Part shown: positions 26,571 to 34,522 of the stretch, piece after piece
Position numbering within the stretch: position 1 is the first letter of the stretch
Layout of the letters: every line of letters begins with the position of its first letter
Notes under the pieces: model-generated
Databases searched by the model: none
The model's input: only the letters and a program-made list of their open reading frames with translations
Told to the model about the DNA's origin: nothing
Made by a program: the position numbers and the translations under genes
From: a virus
Taxonomy: Duplodnaviria; Caudoviricetes
Reading direction: 5' to 3' (one strand)
Virus record (IMG/VR): IMGVR_UViG_3300035187_000647
Span: 1 to 36,069 of that record
Length of the DNA: 36,069 nucleotides

Positions 26571-26729
26571 TCACGAACACACGGTCGAGCAGTTGCCGCC
26601 GTTCTGACAGCACGTCACACACATGATCACCTTGCCGTTGACGAAGTATGTCGTCGTCGAGCAGGCCACGGCGATCGTCGGCGTCAGCAAAATTGCCGAC
26701 AGGCCGATTGCAGTCAGTAATTTACGCAT
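26571..26729 (-). CDS. Secreted six-cysteine peptide, 52 aa
   Basis: Not in the track. AGGAGAGAG RBS; MRKLLTAIGLSAILLTPTIAVA-CSTTTYFVNGKVIMCVTCCQNGGNCSTVCS; fills the gap between neighbours. Confidence 0.75.
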   Translation of the reverse strand: MRKLLTAIGLSAILLTPTIAVACSTTTYFVNGKVIMCVTCCQNGGNCSTVCS

Positions 26730-26739
26730 CGTCTCTCTC

Positions 26740-27000
26740 CTAGTTGATGGTCGTATCGTCTGGCATTTCGCTGATGATGAGAACCGCCTTCAGCAGTGCG
26801 TCCGCACATCCCCCGTGTCCGTGGAAGTGCATGCTTCCAACAGCGGCCTTGATGATCTCTTGAAAGACCCCGCAGGCCGGTGTGTCTGTTTCTTCGCTGA
26901 TCCGTTCGGCGATTGTCATCACCGCATCAGCAATCTGCGCGGCGCGAACGCCAACGTCGTCGTCAAGGATCAGGTTGGCGTCAAAGCCTTGATCGGCCAT
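26740..27000 (-). CDS. Hypothetical protein
   Basis: 86-aa ORF in the early operon. Confidence 0.55.
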   Translation of the reverse strand: MADQGFDANLILDDDVGVRAAQIADAVMTIAERISEETDTPACGVFQEIIKAAVGSMHFHGHGGCADALLKAVLIISEMPDDTTIN

Positions 27001-27217
27001 CGTTCAACGCCGTGATAGTGCGCTTTGCGCGCATGCCGCAGGGGCTGTCTTTGTACATTTCTTCAGTGCAAAGCGAGCCGCAGTTGCACTCGTAGAACGA
27101 CAGCGATCGGATGCACAGTTCGATTGCCTCGGCAGCATCACGCAGCGCTTGGGCATCGACAGGATCCTGCGATGTCTTAGCCGTGAACTCGAGACGTTCA
27201 ACGAGAGACTGCGCCAC
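26981..27217 (-). CDS. Hypothetical protein with Cys cluster
   Basis: GTG at 27217 after GAGGAGG. Confidence 0.55.
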   Translation of the reverse strand: MAQSLVERLEFTAKTSQDPVDAQALRDAAEAIELCIRSLSFYECNCGSLCTEEMYKDSPCGMRAKRTITALNDGRSRL

Positions 27218-27602
27218 GGGAGGCCTCCTCAAGTTCGGCTTCCGTCAGCAACGGCTTGTTGCGAATCGCCTGGTCCATACGCAGCGCCTCTTCCATGCCG
27301 GCGATGATTTCCTGGCGCCGCAGCTCAGACAAGCCGTCGAAATGCTGGCCGGCGAACGTGCCGACGAACGCGAGGTAGTTGACGCCGTCCAGCACGTTGT
27401 CTTCGTAGGCCGGCGTCTCGATGTGCCTGCCGAGCTTTGTGCAGAGCTGGATCATCGACACTTCGTATGGCGTCACGTTACGGTTAAGCATGATCGACGC
27501 GAGCGACGCGATGCGCGCGAAGTTGACCTCCGGCGTGCTGTACTTCTTCTGACGCTCGTCCATGACCTCGAGCGCCTTCTTCAGCGTGTCCCGGTAGTGC
27601 AT
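27198..27602 (-). CDS. DUF6378-like protein
   Basis: ERQKKYSTPEVNFARIA..KLGR..DNVLDGVNY; true start is probably ATG 27602. Confidence 0.75.
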   Translation of the reverse strand: MHYRDTLKKALEVMDERQKKYSTPEVNFARIASLASIMLNRNVTPYEVSMIQLCTKLGRHIETPAYEDNVLDGVNYLAFVGTFAGQHFDGLSELRRQEIIAGMEEALRMDQAIRNKPLLTEAELEEASRGAVSR

Positions 27603-28018
27603 TCCACCTTCTCCTTTGATTGCTCCTTCTTGATCATCCGCAGGCCCCACAGGACCGTCGTGTGATCTCGACGCGTGTAGTACGCAATCTGGTTCATTGA
27701 CATGCCGTCTTCCCACAGCTTCAGCCACACCTTGCGCCGCGGCGGGTGCATTTTTGCGGTTCGGTCTTTTTCCCACAGCTGTTCCCATGTCATGTCGAAC
27801 TCTTCGAGGACCGGCAGCACGATTGCCTGCCGACGCGACGAGAGCGGGCACCCCTTCAGACGTTTCGATCGGGTTTGCTCGACGGTCTCCGGAACCTCCG
27901 GAGCTGGCGCCGGCATGACGTAGTCGTCGACGTGCTTCGGCGGCTTGATCTTGGTGATCTGCGGCTTCTTGTTCAGACGCTCGCGGACTGCTTTGTAATG
28001 TTCTGCCCAGTTGGTCAT
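27581..28018 (-). CDS. Protein with DnaA C-terminal (domain IV)-like HTH
   Basis: PRR..W..MSMNQIAYYTRRDHTTVLWG resembles the DnaA RDHTTV signature. Confidence 0.75.
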   Translation of the reverse strand: MTNWAEHYKAVRERLNKKPQITKIKPPKHVDDYVMPAPAPEVPETVEQTRSKRLKGCPLSSRRQAIVLPVLEEFDMTWEQLWEKDRTAKMHPPRRKVWLKLWEDGMSMNQIAYYTRRDHTTVLWGLRMIKKEQSKEKVECTTGTR

Positions 28019-28215
28019 CCGTAGTTCTCAATCACGAATTGCTTGGCACCGTCGAGGGTGTAGGTGTGGTCGAGCCGACCGTGAACGCTGACAGCGCGGT
28101 AACCCTTGTCGTAATTGCTGTAGCGGATCGGCTCGATGTAACCGGCCTCTTTGCCAAAGTAATACACGGTCCATGTGCCGTCGTCGTTGCGCTTGATGTC
28201 GATGGCTTTGGTCAT
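28015..28215 (-). CDS. Hypothetical early protein
   Basis: ATG at 28215 coupled to the upstream micro-ORF. Confidence 0.6.
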   Translation of the reverse strand: MTKAIDIKRNDDGTWTVYYFGKEAGYIEPIRYSNYDKGYRAVSVHGRLDHTYTLDGAKQFVIENYG

Positions 28216-28298
28216 GGCAGGAAGTTCTCCGCCACGAACATCATCACGATCGACCAGAAGAGGCAGATCCAAAGAATGTGAGGTACGCGCAGTTCCAT
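28212..28298 (-). CDS. 28-aa single-TM micro-protein
   Basis: Not in the track. AAGGAGAGA RBS; MELRVPHILWICLFWSIVMMFVAENFLP; ATGA overlap with the next gene. Confidence 0.55.
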   Translation of the reverse strand: MELRVPHILWICLFWSIVMMFVAENFLP

Positions 28299-28322
28299 GT
28301 GTTCTCTCCTTTGATTTGACCC

Positions 28323-28351
28323 ACCATAAGCGTCGTTTGCGCTAGGCACAA
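28323..28351 (-). promoter_or_regulatory. Sigma70-like early promoter containing the CTAG motif
   Basis: TTGTGC-17 bp (CTAGCGCA...)-TATGGT. Confidence 0.55.
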
Positions 28352-28375
28352 ACATTTTTATCGGGAGCTTGGCCC

Positions 28376-28482
28376 AAAAAGGGTCGGGGCCAGTGGCGTC
28401 GGGAGGAGAGAGGAAAACCCGCCACAGGCCCCTAAGCGTGCTGAAGAGCCACGCCGCGCGGGGAGCAGAACTCGACCCGCAT
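28376..28482 (-). ncRNA. Candidate three-hairpin small RNA with anti-Shine-Dalgarno loop
   Basis: Three consecutive stems, a loop containing UUCCUCUCUCCUCCCG, a U5 tail, and upstream TTGACC-16-CATCTT. Confidence 0.55.
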
Positions 28483-28510
28483 CAGAAAGATGGCAGAAAA
28501 CTTGGTTAGG

Positions 28511-29647
28511 TCAACGGTCTAGCAGACCGCGGATGATTTGCAGCTCGTCCTCAACGTCTTGCGTCACCCAGGGAGGAGTGGCGCGGCGTTGTTCTGGTGT
28601 CATGCTTAGACGGCTTTCAACATTCCGAGCCTCAACTTCCCCTGCCAGCCTGCGATAACCTTCTCTAGCGGCTTCAGCATCAGCTCGACGATTGAGGTCG
28701 TAGATCTTGTTTGCTAATTGATCATATTCTGCCCCACCGTAACGTAGGGTTTCTAATTTCTTCTGAAGCTCACCAGCTTGTTGCGTTAGCTTCAAGACGT
28801 TTGGGCTGTCATAAACATAAGGCGCGTCGCTTCCCACGCCTGGAGCGCCACCTCTTGCAAAGCCTTCCATGTCTTGAACAGCGTGCTGACCTTCGTGCAA
28901 CAGAACGCTTCTATCTTCTATGCGAGACGAAATTGGCTGGTTGCCATAAGTGATGCGATTGTTATTAAACGAACCACCAAACGAACCAAGCGTCTCTCTG
29001 GCGGTTTTAATATCTTTGGTTGTGGGGTAAGCCGCATATAAATCATTATGCTTAAAAATGTCGCTCAATGGCTGGGTTGGAGCTGCTTCACGCGCAGCTG
29101 CAAGGTTGCTGTCAGCATAAGCAAACGCTTCTTTATCTAAATCTGGATATTGGCCGGTCGATAGTTTTTTAGCCGGCACGCCTTTTTGCTCAAAATATTG
29201 TTCTGCTAGGTCAAATCGACTTGGTAGACGTGCCGTTGCGTTTTTAGGCAAAAATTGAGACGCGCTATCGTCAATCTCAAACCGCCAGTTGCCGTCTACG
29301 CCTTTGAACCATCCCGTCTCGTTCCAGATCGCATCGCGTGATGCGCCCTTCGCTGCCATCTCCTGAGCTGTTTTGAGAGCTGCGCGGTTCGCTGTCTTGG
29401 CTGCAGGGCCAGCGAAGATTGCCAACGCAGCACCGCGCGCATCGCCTTCTTGAGCCGCTTCCTGCGCTTGAAGGATGCCGCCAACCGGCGTCACATCGAC
29501 GACGCCCATCCCGGTATTACCAAGACCTGACGACCCGAGTAGGCCTTCGACAACGCGGCGCCGTTCCGGAGACGCGCGTCCGTTGCCCATCATCATCTGA
29601 GCCAAACGATCGCGCCAAGTAGGTTCGTAACGCCGCAGCTCTGCCAT
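28511..29647 (-). CDS. LPD23-like polyvalent-protein domain plus zincin metallopeptidase-like domain
   Basis: IWNETGWFKGVDGNWRFEIDD; LLHEGQHAVQ..EGF (HExxH); YRRLAGEVEARNV..R. Confidence 0.75.
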   Translation of the reverse strand: MAELRRYEPTWRDRLAQMMMGNGRASPERRRVVEGLLGSSGLGNTGMGVVDVTPVGGILQAQEAAQEGDARGAALAIFAGPAAKTANRAALKTAQEMAAKGASRDAIWNETGWFKGVDGNWRFEIDDSASQFLPKNATARLPSRFDLAEQYFEQKGVPAKKLSTGQYPDLDKEAFAYADSNLAAAREAAPTQPLSDIFKHNDLYAAYPTTKDIKTARETLGSFGGSFNNNRITYGNQPISSRIEDRSVLLHEGQHAVQDMEGFARGGAPGVGSDAPYVYDSPNVLKLTQQAGELQKKLETLRYGGAEYDQLANKIYDLNRRADAEAAREGYRRLAGEVEARNVESRLSMTPEQRRATPPWVTQDVEDELQIIRGLLDR

Positions 29648-29705
29648 TGCGGTTCCCCTATAAAACGCCCCTTTATGCCATAGCTATGCGCCCCACACAA
29701 ACCGC

Positions 29706-29734
29706 TTGCGTCTAGCGCACAAGTCAACTATTGT
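29706..29734 (+). promoter_or_regulatory. Sigma70-like integrase promoter containing the CTAG motif
   Basis: TTGCGT-17 bp (CTAGCGCA...)-TATTGT. Confidence 0.6.
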
Positions 29735-29758
29735 TTCGGGTAACGGGAGGAGAGACCC

Positions 29759-30835
29759 ATGAACGTAACGATTTTTGAGCGCAGCCCTGGCGTGTTCCGC
29801 ATCCGCATCGAGACGCAGGAAAGCGGCCAGCGGAAGTTCCGCACCGAGACCCTAAAAGGCACGCGGCTTGATGCCGACGCCCGCAAGGTCGAGATCCTCC
29901 AGCAGCACCAGACCGGCGACCTCGTCCAGATCACCGACGACAGCGTCGAGATGCACTGGTCGAAGTGGCAGGCCAATCGCCTCGCGCTGAAGCAGATCTC
30001 GGAAGTCACCGAGCAGAGCCAGAAGAACCTGATGAAGCCGTTCTTCGCCATGTACGGCACGCGCCCGCTGCGCTCGCTGACGAAGGAGGACATCGAGACG
30101 TTCTACCTGTCGCGGATCCGTGCCGTCGCGGAAGGCACGATGACGATCACGCATCACCATCTGAAGGCGATGTTCAACCAGGCGATCGAAGCCGGCGTGC
30201 TGGCGAAGAACCCAATGAAACGCGTCTCGGCGCCGAAAGGTTCCAGCGAAAGCCGCAAGCCTCTCGAGAAGCGCCACATCAAGGACCTGCTGGCGCACGC
30301 TGCCGACAAGCCGTTCCTGGGCCGCATGATCCGCCTCGCCCTGCACACTGGCATGCGTCGCGGCGAGATGTGCGCGCTGAAGTGGTCAGACATCGACCTC
30401 GAGGCCGGCATCATTCACGTCTCGCGCACCGTCGTGCGCGTCGGCAGCGCCGAGTACGAGAAGAAGCCCAAGACGGCCAAGTCGATCCGCTCCATCCGCA
30501 TGCCCCGCTCGCTGATCGACGAGCTGCGTGCTGCCGCCGGACGGCCTGACAAGCACGTCCTGCAGACCGTGTGGGGCGATCGCCCGACCCTGTCTTACAT
30601 GACCTCGGCGACCAAGGACGCCCTGCGCGCGATCGGGCTGGACGAGGGCTACTGCCTGCACTCGACCCGCCACGCCCACGCCACGCACCTGCTGCGCGAG
30701 AAGATGCCGCTGAAGGCCGTCTCCGAGCGCCTGGGGCATGCCAACGTCGAGGTGACGCTGACCGTTTATGCAGGCGTCCTGACCGGCGACGACCAGGCTT
30801 TAGCCGACAGCATCGACAAGGTCGTGAACGGGTAA
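29759..30835 (+). CDS. int: Tyrosine integrase/recombinase
   Basis: TGMRRGE, PKT, HSTRH, LGH and catalytic Tyr in TVYA; strong RBS GGGAGGAG. Confidence 0.95.
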   Translation: MNVTIFERSPGVFRIRIETQESGQRKFRTETLKGTRLDADARKVEILQQHQTGDLVQITDDSVEMHWSKWQANRLALKQISEVTEQSQKNLMKPFFAMYGTRPLRSLTKEDIETFYLSRIRAVAEGTMTITHHHLKAMFNQAIEAGVLAKNPMKRVSAPKGSSESRKPLEKRHIKDLLAHAADKPFLGRMIRLALHTGMRRGEMCALKWSDIDLEAGIIHVSRTVVRVGSAEYEKKPKTAKSIRSIRMPRSLIDELRAAAGRPDKHVLQTVWGDRPTLSYMTSATKDALRAIGLDEGYCLHSTRHAHATHLLREKMPLKAVSERLGHANVEVTLTVYAGVLTGDDQALADSIDKVVNG

Positions 30836-30879
30836 TTACCCGCGCTTTACCCGATCGGGGTAACGGGTTCGGGTAACGG
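30829..30879. repeat. CGGGTAA repeat cluster, candidate integrase binding/att region
   Basis: Five direct/inverted copies (one with an extra G) including the palindrome CGGGTAATTACCCG; a sixth copy at 29737. Confidence 0.65.
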
Positions 30880-30897
30880 TTTGCAATAGGTTGGATC

Positions 30898-32637
30898 CTA
30901 TCGTGTGTTGGTCGCTCCGCGCCCCGCTTGGATCCCAAGAATGAGCTGCTGCTCACGGGTGAGGTTCGGCGCGTGCCACTGACGCGCGGCAAAGTATGGC
31001 AAGCCAAGCGACAGGATTGGGTCGATCGTAGCCAATCCCGCAGCCTGTGCGCCTGCACCAGCAGCAGCTGCCGGGGCGCCGCGCTTGCCGCCCGTCAAAA
31101 GATCTTGAACAAACGTCCGCTGCGCCGTGCCTGAGTTTGGCACCGGATCCGGCAACACTGCTGCGCCAGACCGGACAAGATCCGTGAAGCGGTTTCCGCC
31201 TTCAACCCACTGTTGCGGGTTTCTGGCGCGCTCGACAGCGCCGATTTGCTGCGGCGGAATGAATCCCGTGTTGAGCTTGTCATTGCCTGCCCGTGCCATC
31301 GTGTCCTCAATGCGAGAGAACAGCGCATAGCGACGGTTCACGTCGTTCCATGCTTGGCGCAGCTCGGGGTTTTGAGCAGACCGCTCCATTGCGTCGCCCA
31401 GAGCCTTCTGAGCCTTGCCTAGCGCCTCTGCCCAATACCCTGCGCTGGGGCTGTCGCTGCGGTTGGCACGGGCCAGCTCCTCAGAGATGCGCGATTGCAC
31501 GCGATGGTAGTCGACGCCATCAACCTTCTTGCCGGCAGCATAGTCGAGGATCGTGTCGCGGAGCTTCGTCCATACAGGAGCGACATCCTGCATCCCGCGA
31601 ACGTAATTGCCCTCAATGCCCGCCAAGTCATTGAACAGCTGCTCGTCGCCGCGGAAAGGCGTCGACTTCTCCAACGCGTTGTACTCGTTGCGGAAGCCTT
31701 TTCGAGCGGCAGAAAGTACCTCCGGCGTTGCGATGTCGCTGTCGATGCCGGCCTCTTTCATCAAGGTGCGCGTCCAAGCACGCATCTGCTGATCTTCAAC
31801 GCGTGCTGCTGTCGGCGCCGACGTTGGAAGGAATTTCATCACGCTCTCGACGTTCTGGCCGAACGCGTTGCCGGTGCGCTGACCTGGCGTAATTGGGATC
31901 CCGGCCTCTTCCAGCGCCCGCACGTTGCCGGCGCGAACTTCGCCGCCACGATCTGGCAGCATCTGGCCTGGGCGAATGTTTGGCAACATGCCGGCAGCAA
32001 GGCCAGCGCCAGCAGCTGCGATCGGCGGAGCGCCGGCTTCAACTGCGCCCTGCGCTACAGTGCCGCCAAGCATCGCGGCCATTTCTTGTTTACCGACATC
32101 AATACCTTGTTTTGTGAACGGTAATCGTGCCGTAAAAGATGTTGGGTTGTCGGCTAATGTCTCCATCACAGGTCGAGCGACTTGCGACGTTTGCGGTAGC
32201 GCACGCGCCACTTGGCGAGCTGCCCCAACGCCTGTCATGGCATCGACGCCAGACCGCAGCGCAACTGACGCCAAGCGTTCGCTGGCCGTCTCAGGTTGCG
32301 GCAGGCCCATCTGTGTCATGCCAGCTTCCATTGCTTGCGTTGGCGTGGGCTGCTGGTTGCCTGTGAAATAGTTGTAGGCTGAAACCGCAGCATTGGAGAG
32401 AGGCTCTGCAAGCCCCGCCGCAGCCATCCCAGCGATCGCGCCAGGAATAGCGCCGACGCCAGCCAAAGGAGCGCCCATAGCAGCGCCAGCAGCGCCACCA
32501 GCAAGGACCGGACCGATCGCACGCGTGGCAAGTCCGGCGCCTCGAGCGATATTGTCGAAGACGCCGCGGTTTGCTTTGTCGAGAAGCGCCTCTCGCTCTT
32601 TGCGGATCAGCTCGTCGATATCCATTTTTTCAGCCAT
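30898..32637 (-). CDS. DNA ejection/internal virion protein
   Basis: 579 aa, Ala/Gly-rich hydrophobic segments, GIPITPGQRTG and PNSGTAQR motifs. Confidence 0.65.
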   Translation of the reverse strand: MAEKMDIDELIRKEREALLDKANRGVFDNIARGAGLATRAIGPVLAGGAAGAAMGAPLAGVGAIPGAIAGMAAAGLAEPLSNAAVSAYNYFTGNQQPTPTQAMEAGMTQMGLPQPETASERLASVALRSGVDAMTGVGAARQVARALPQTSQVARPVMETLADNPTSFTARLPFTKQGIDVGKQEMAAMLGGTVAQGAVEAGAPPIAAAGAGLAAGMLPNIRPGQMLPDRGGEVRAGNVRALEEAGIPITPGQRTGNAFGQNVESVMKFLPTSAPTAARVEDQQMRAWTRTLMKEAGIDSDIATPEVLSAARKGFRNEYNALEKSTPFRGDEQLFNDLAGIEGNYVRGMQDVAPVWTKLRDTILDYAAGKKVDGVDYHRVQSRISEELARANRSDSPSAGYWAEALGKAQKALGDAMERSAQNPELRQAWNDVNRRYALFSRIEDTMARAGNDKLNTGFIPPQQIGAVERARNPQQWVEGGNRFTDLVRSGAAVLPDPVPNSGTAQRTFVQDLLTGGKRGAPAAAAGAGAQAAGLATIDPILSLGLPYFAARQWHAPNLTREQQLILGIQAGRGATNTR

Positions 32638-34022
32638 TAGCGACGACCTCCGTTCAATTCTTTAAGACGCGCGTAGTAGGCAGCTTTTGTTTTGGCGTTC
32701 ATATTTGTCGTGTCGAGCTGCAGCAACTCCTGCACCGGAAGTGCTTTGATCTTTGCGTCTTCCGGCGGCTCGTAAGGCTTGAACTTGATGCCAGCACGTT
32801 CGGCGCCGGGACCAGCTGACGTAATCATTCCTTGCGTCGCCGCTTCGCGCGAGCGCCGCTTCTGTTCAATGACGCCTGGGCCGTCGCCGATTTGCGGGAA
32901 ATAGTTTTCGATTTCTTTTGCCATCTCGTCGGCGCCGATCACCGCGCCGCTCTCTTTGCGAAGATTTGCACGAACCCAGTTTTCTTGTGCTTGGCGATAG
33001 AGCTGGCGATCGTTGCTACGCAGCAAGTTCGTGCCTGTCTGGCCGAGCTTCGGGCCAAGCACGCTTTCAAAGACGCCAGGCTTTGCGGCATCTCCAAAAT
33101 CCATCGGGTCAGTGATCTGCGACGCTTCAACCATGCGCTTTGCAAAGCCTGTGGCACGCGCTTGATCTTCTGTCAGAGGCTTCGGCTCAGGAGGACGTTG
33201 CGAGATGATCGGAGCCGTTGTGCCGGGAGCAGGCGCAGCTGCCGGAGCTTGCGCCATGCCACGCGGAGGAACAACGCCAGCGGGGAGCGGAGGCGTCGTG
33301 TAGGTATATTCCATTTGCTGCGTTGCAGGGTTAAACGCCTGGACCAACTTCGGGCCAAACATGCGATTAAACGCAATCGCATACTCAGGACTTTCTGCAA
33401 TCGCAGGATCGCGCATTGCGCCGAGAATAAGAGACTGCGCTTCACCCTCAAGACCACCCTGCGGTTTTGCTGGCGTAAGAGGAACAGCCTGTTGTTTATC
33501 AGCGTCCCATTTATAAGTAACGTTGCCGCTTTCAAATGTCTGCGGCATGTTTAGCTCGCGCTGCGTCTTCTGGATCTGCAAATTACGAAGAAGCGTTTCG
33601 TTCGGGTCACGCGTGCGAATGGTGCGGATTGCTTGACGCACATCGGAAACGCCAAGACCTGCGGGGTTAAATCCATACTTCTGTTGGAACGCAGCCGGAT
33701 CTTTCAGATCTTCGCGGATCCGTTTGTCGTCCTGCATTTCTTCCATGCGCGTCTGATACTGCGCCTGCATCAAACGGCGCTGTGCCGCGTTATACATATC
33801 GGTGTTGAAACCTGATCCGGCTTGGCCGAGTTGCGCGAGATACGCAGCACGTTGCTCTGGCTGCATACGCTGACCTGCAGCCATAAGGATTGCGCCCATG
33901 TTGCCGATCGAGTTCAGCGCAGCCTGGCGAACGTCCGACATCGGGACGCCGTAGCGCGGGTCGATCTTTTCCGGATCTGCGTAGTCACCGGAACCCATAA
34001 TAAAGTCGAGAAGACCGGCCAT
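32637..34022 (-). CDS. DNA ejection/internal virion protein
   Basis: Start MAGLLDF (ATG 34022); LTEDQARATGFAKRM and NLRKESGAVIG..YFPQIGD motifs. Confidence 0.65.
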   Translation of the reverse strand: MAGLLDFIMGSGDYADPEKIDPRYGVPMSDVRQAALNSIGNMGAILMAAGQRMQPEQRAAYLAQLGQAGSGFNTDMYNAAQRRLMQAQYQTRMEEMQDDKRIREDLKDPAAFQQKYGFNPAGLGVSDVRQAIRTIRTRDPNETLLRNLQIQKTQRELNMPQTFESGNVTYKWDADKQQAVPLTPAKPQGGLEGEAQSLILGAMRDPAIAESPEYAIAFNRMFGPKLVQAFNPATQQMEYTYTTPPLPAGVVPPRGMAQAPAAAPAPGTTAPIISQRPPEPKPLTEDQARATGFAKRMVEASQITDPMDFGDAAKPGVFESVLGPKLGQTGTNLLRSNDRQLYRQAQENWVRANLRKESGAVIGADEMAKEIENYFPQIGDGPGVIEQKRRSREAATQGMITSAGPGAERAGIKFKPYEPPEDAKIKALPVQELLQLDTTNMNAKTKAAYYARLKELNGGRR

Positions 34023-34522
34023 CAGGCACCTCCTCCAAATAATCCGCCAAGCCACATTCTGAAACGATCCATCGTGTCAGGCTGCGGCGGTCCATAGCCG
34101 CCCGTCGATGCGTCTGGCGCAGAACCCGGCTCAGGCATCATCGGCGCATCTAGAAGACCCCGAGTGTAGTAATCGTTTTTCATCTCGCCGTCGATGTTGA
34201 TCATGCGAGCCTTCACCTTCGACAGATCGCCGCCAGCGAATTTGTCTGCATAAGCCTGCGCTTCTGGTCCTGCATCTTTTAAACCCTTGGTGTACCCAAG
34301 AACATTGAACGCCGCAGGCATCGGCGGCCCAAACTGCTCCGGCGCGCGAGCCGGTCCAACTTCTCTGCCGCCCATCATCTGCGGCAGAAGCTTCGGGCCG
34401 AGCTTGTTGAACGGCATGATGCCGACAGGCTTGGCGCCCATACTGACATCAAGAGAAGCTTGCTGCAGCCGGCGGTTGCGTTCGTCCTGCGCGCGCTGGC
34501 GCATGATGTCGTAGTAGTTCAT
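34022..34522 (-). CDS. Putative internal virion protein
   Basis: 166 aa, Pro/Gly/Met-rich, coupled to both neighbours. Confidence 0.55.
   Translation of the reverse strand: MNYYDIMRQRAQDERNRRLQQASLDVSMGAKPVGIMPFNKLGPKLLPQMMGGREVGPARAPEQFGPPMPAAFNVLGYTKGLKDAGPEAQAYADKFAGGDLSKVKARMINIDGEMKNDYYTRGLLDAPMMPEPGSAPDASTGGYGPPQPDTMDRFRMWLGGLFGGGA

Noticed and set aside
27198-28031. 277-aa ORF as listed in the track
   Set aside because: The N-terminal half overlaps the DnaA-like HTH gene in another frame. The recognisable domain starts at ATG 27602.
28376-28482. tRNA or attP tRNA fragment
   Set aside because: No cloverleaf, T-loop consensus or acceptor stem could be identified.
20740-30879. CRISPR-like arrays at the two repeat clusters
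   Set aside because: The repeats are 5-12 bp, irregularly spaced and in both orientations, with no spacers.
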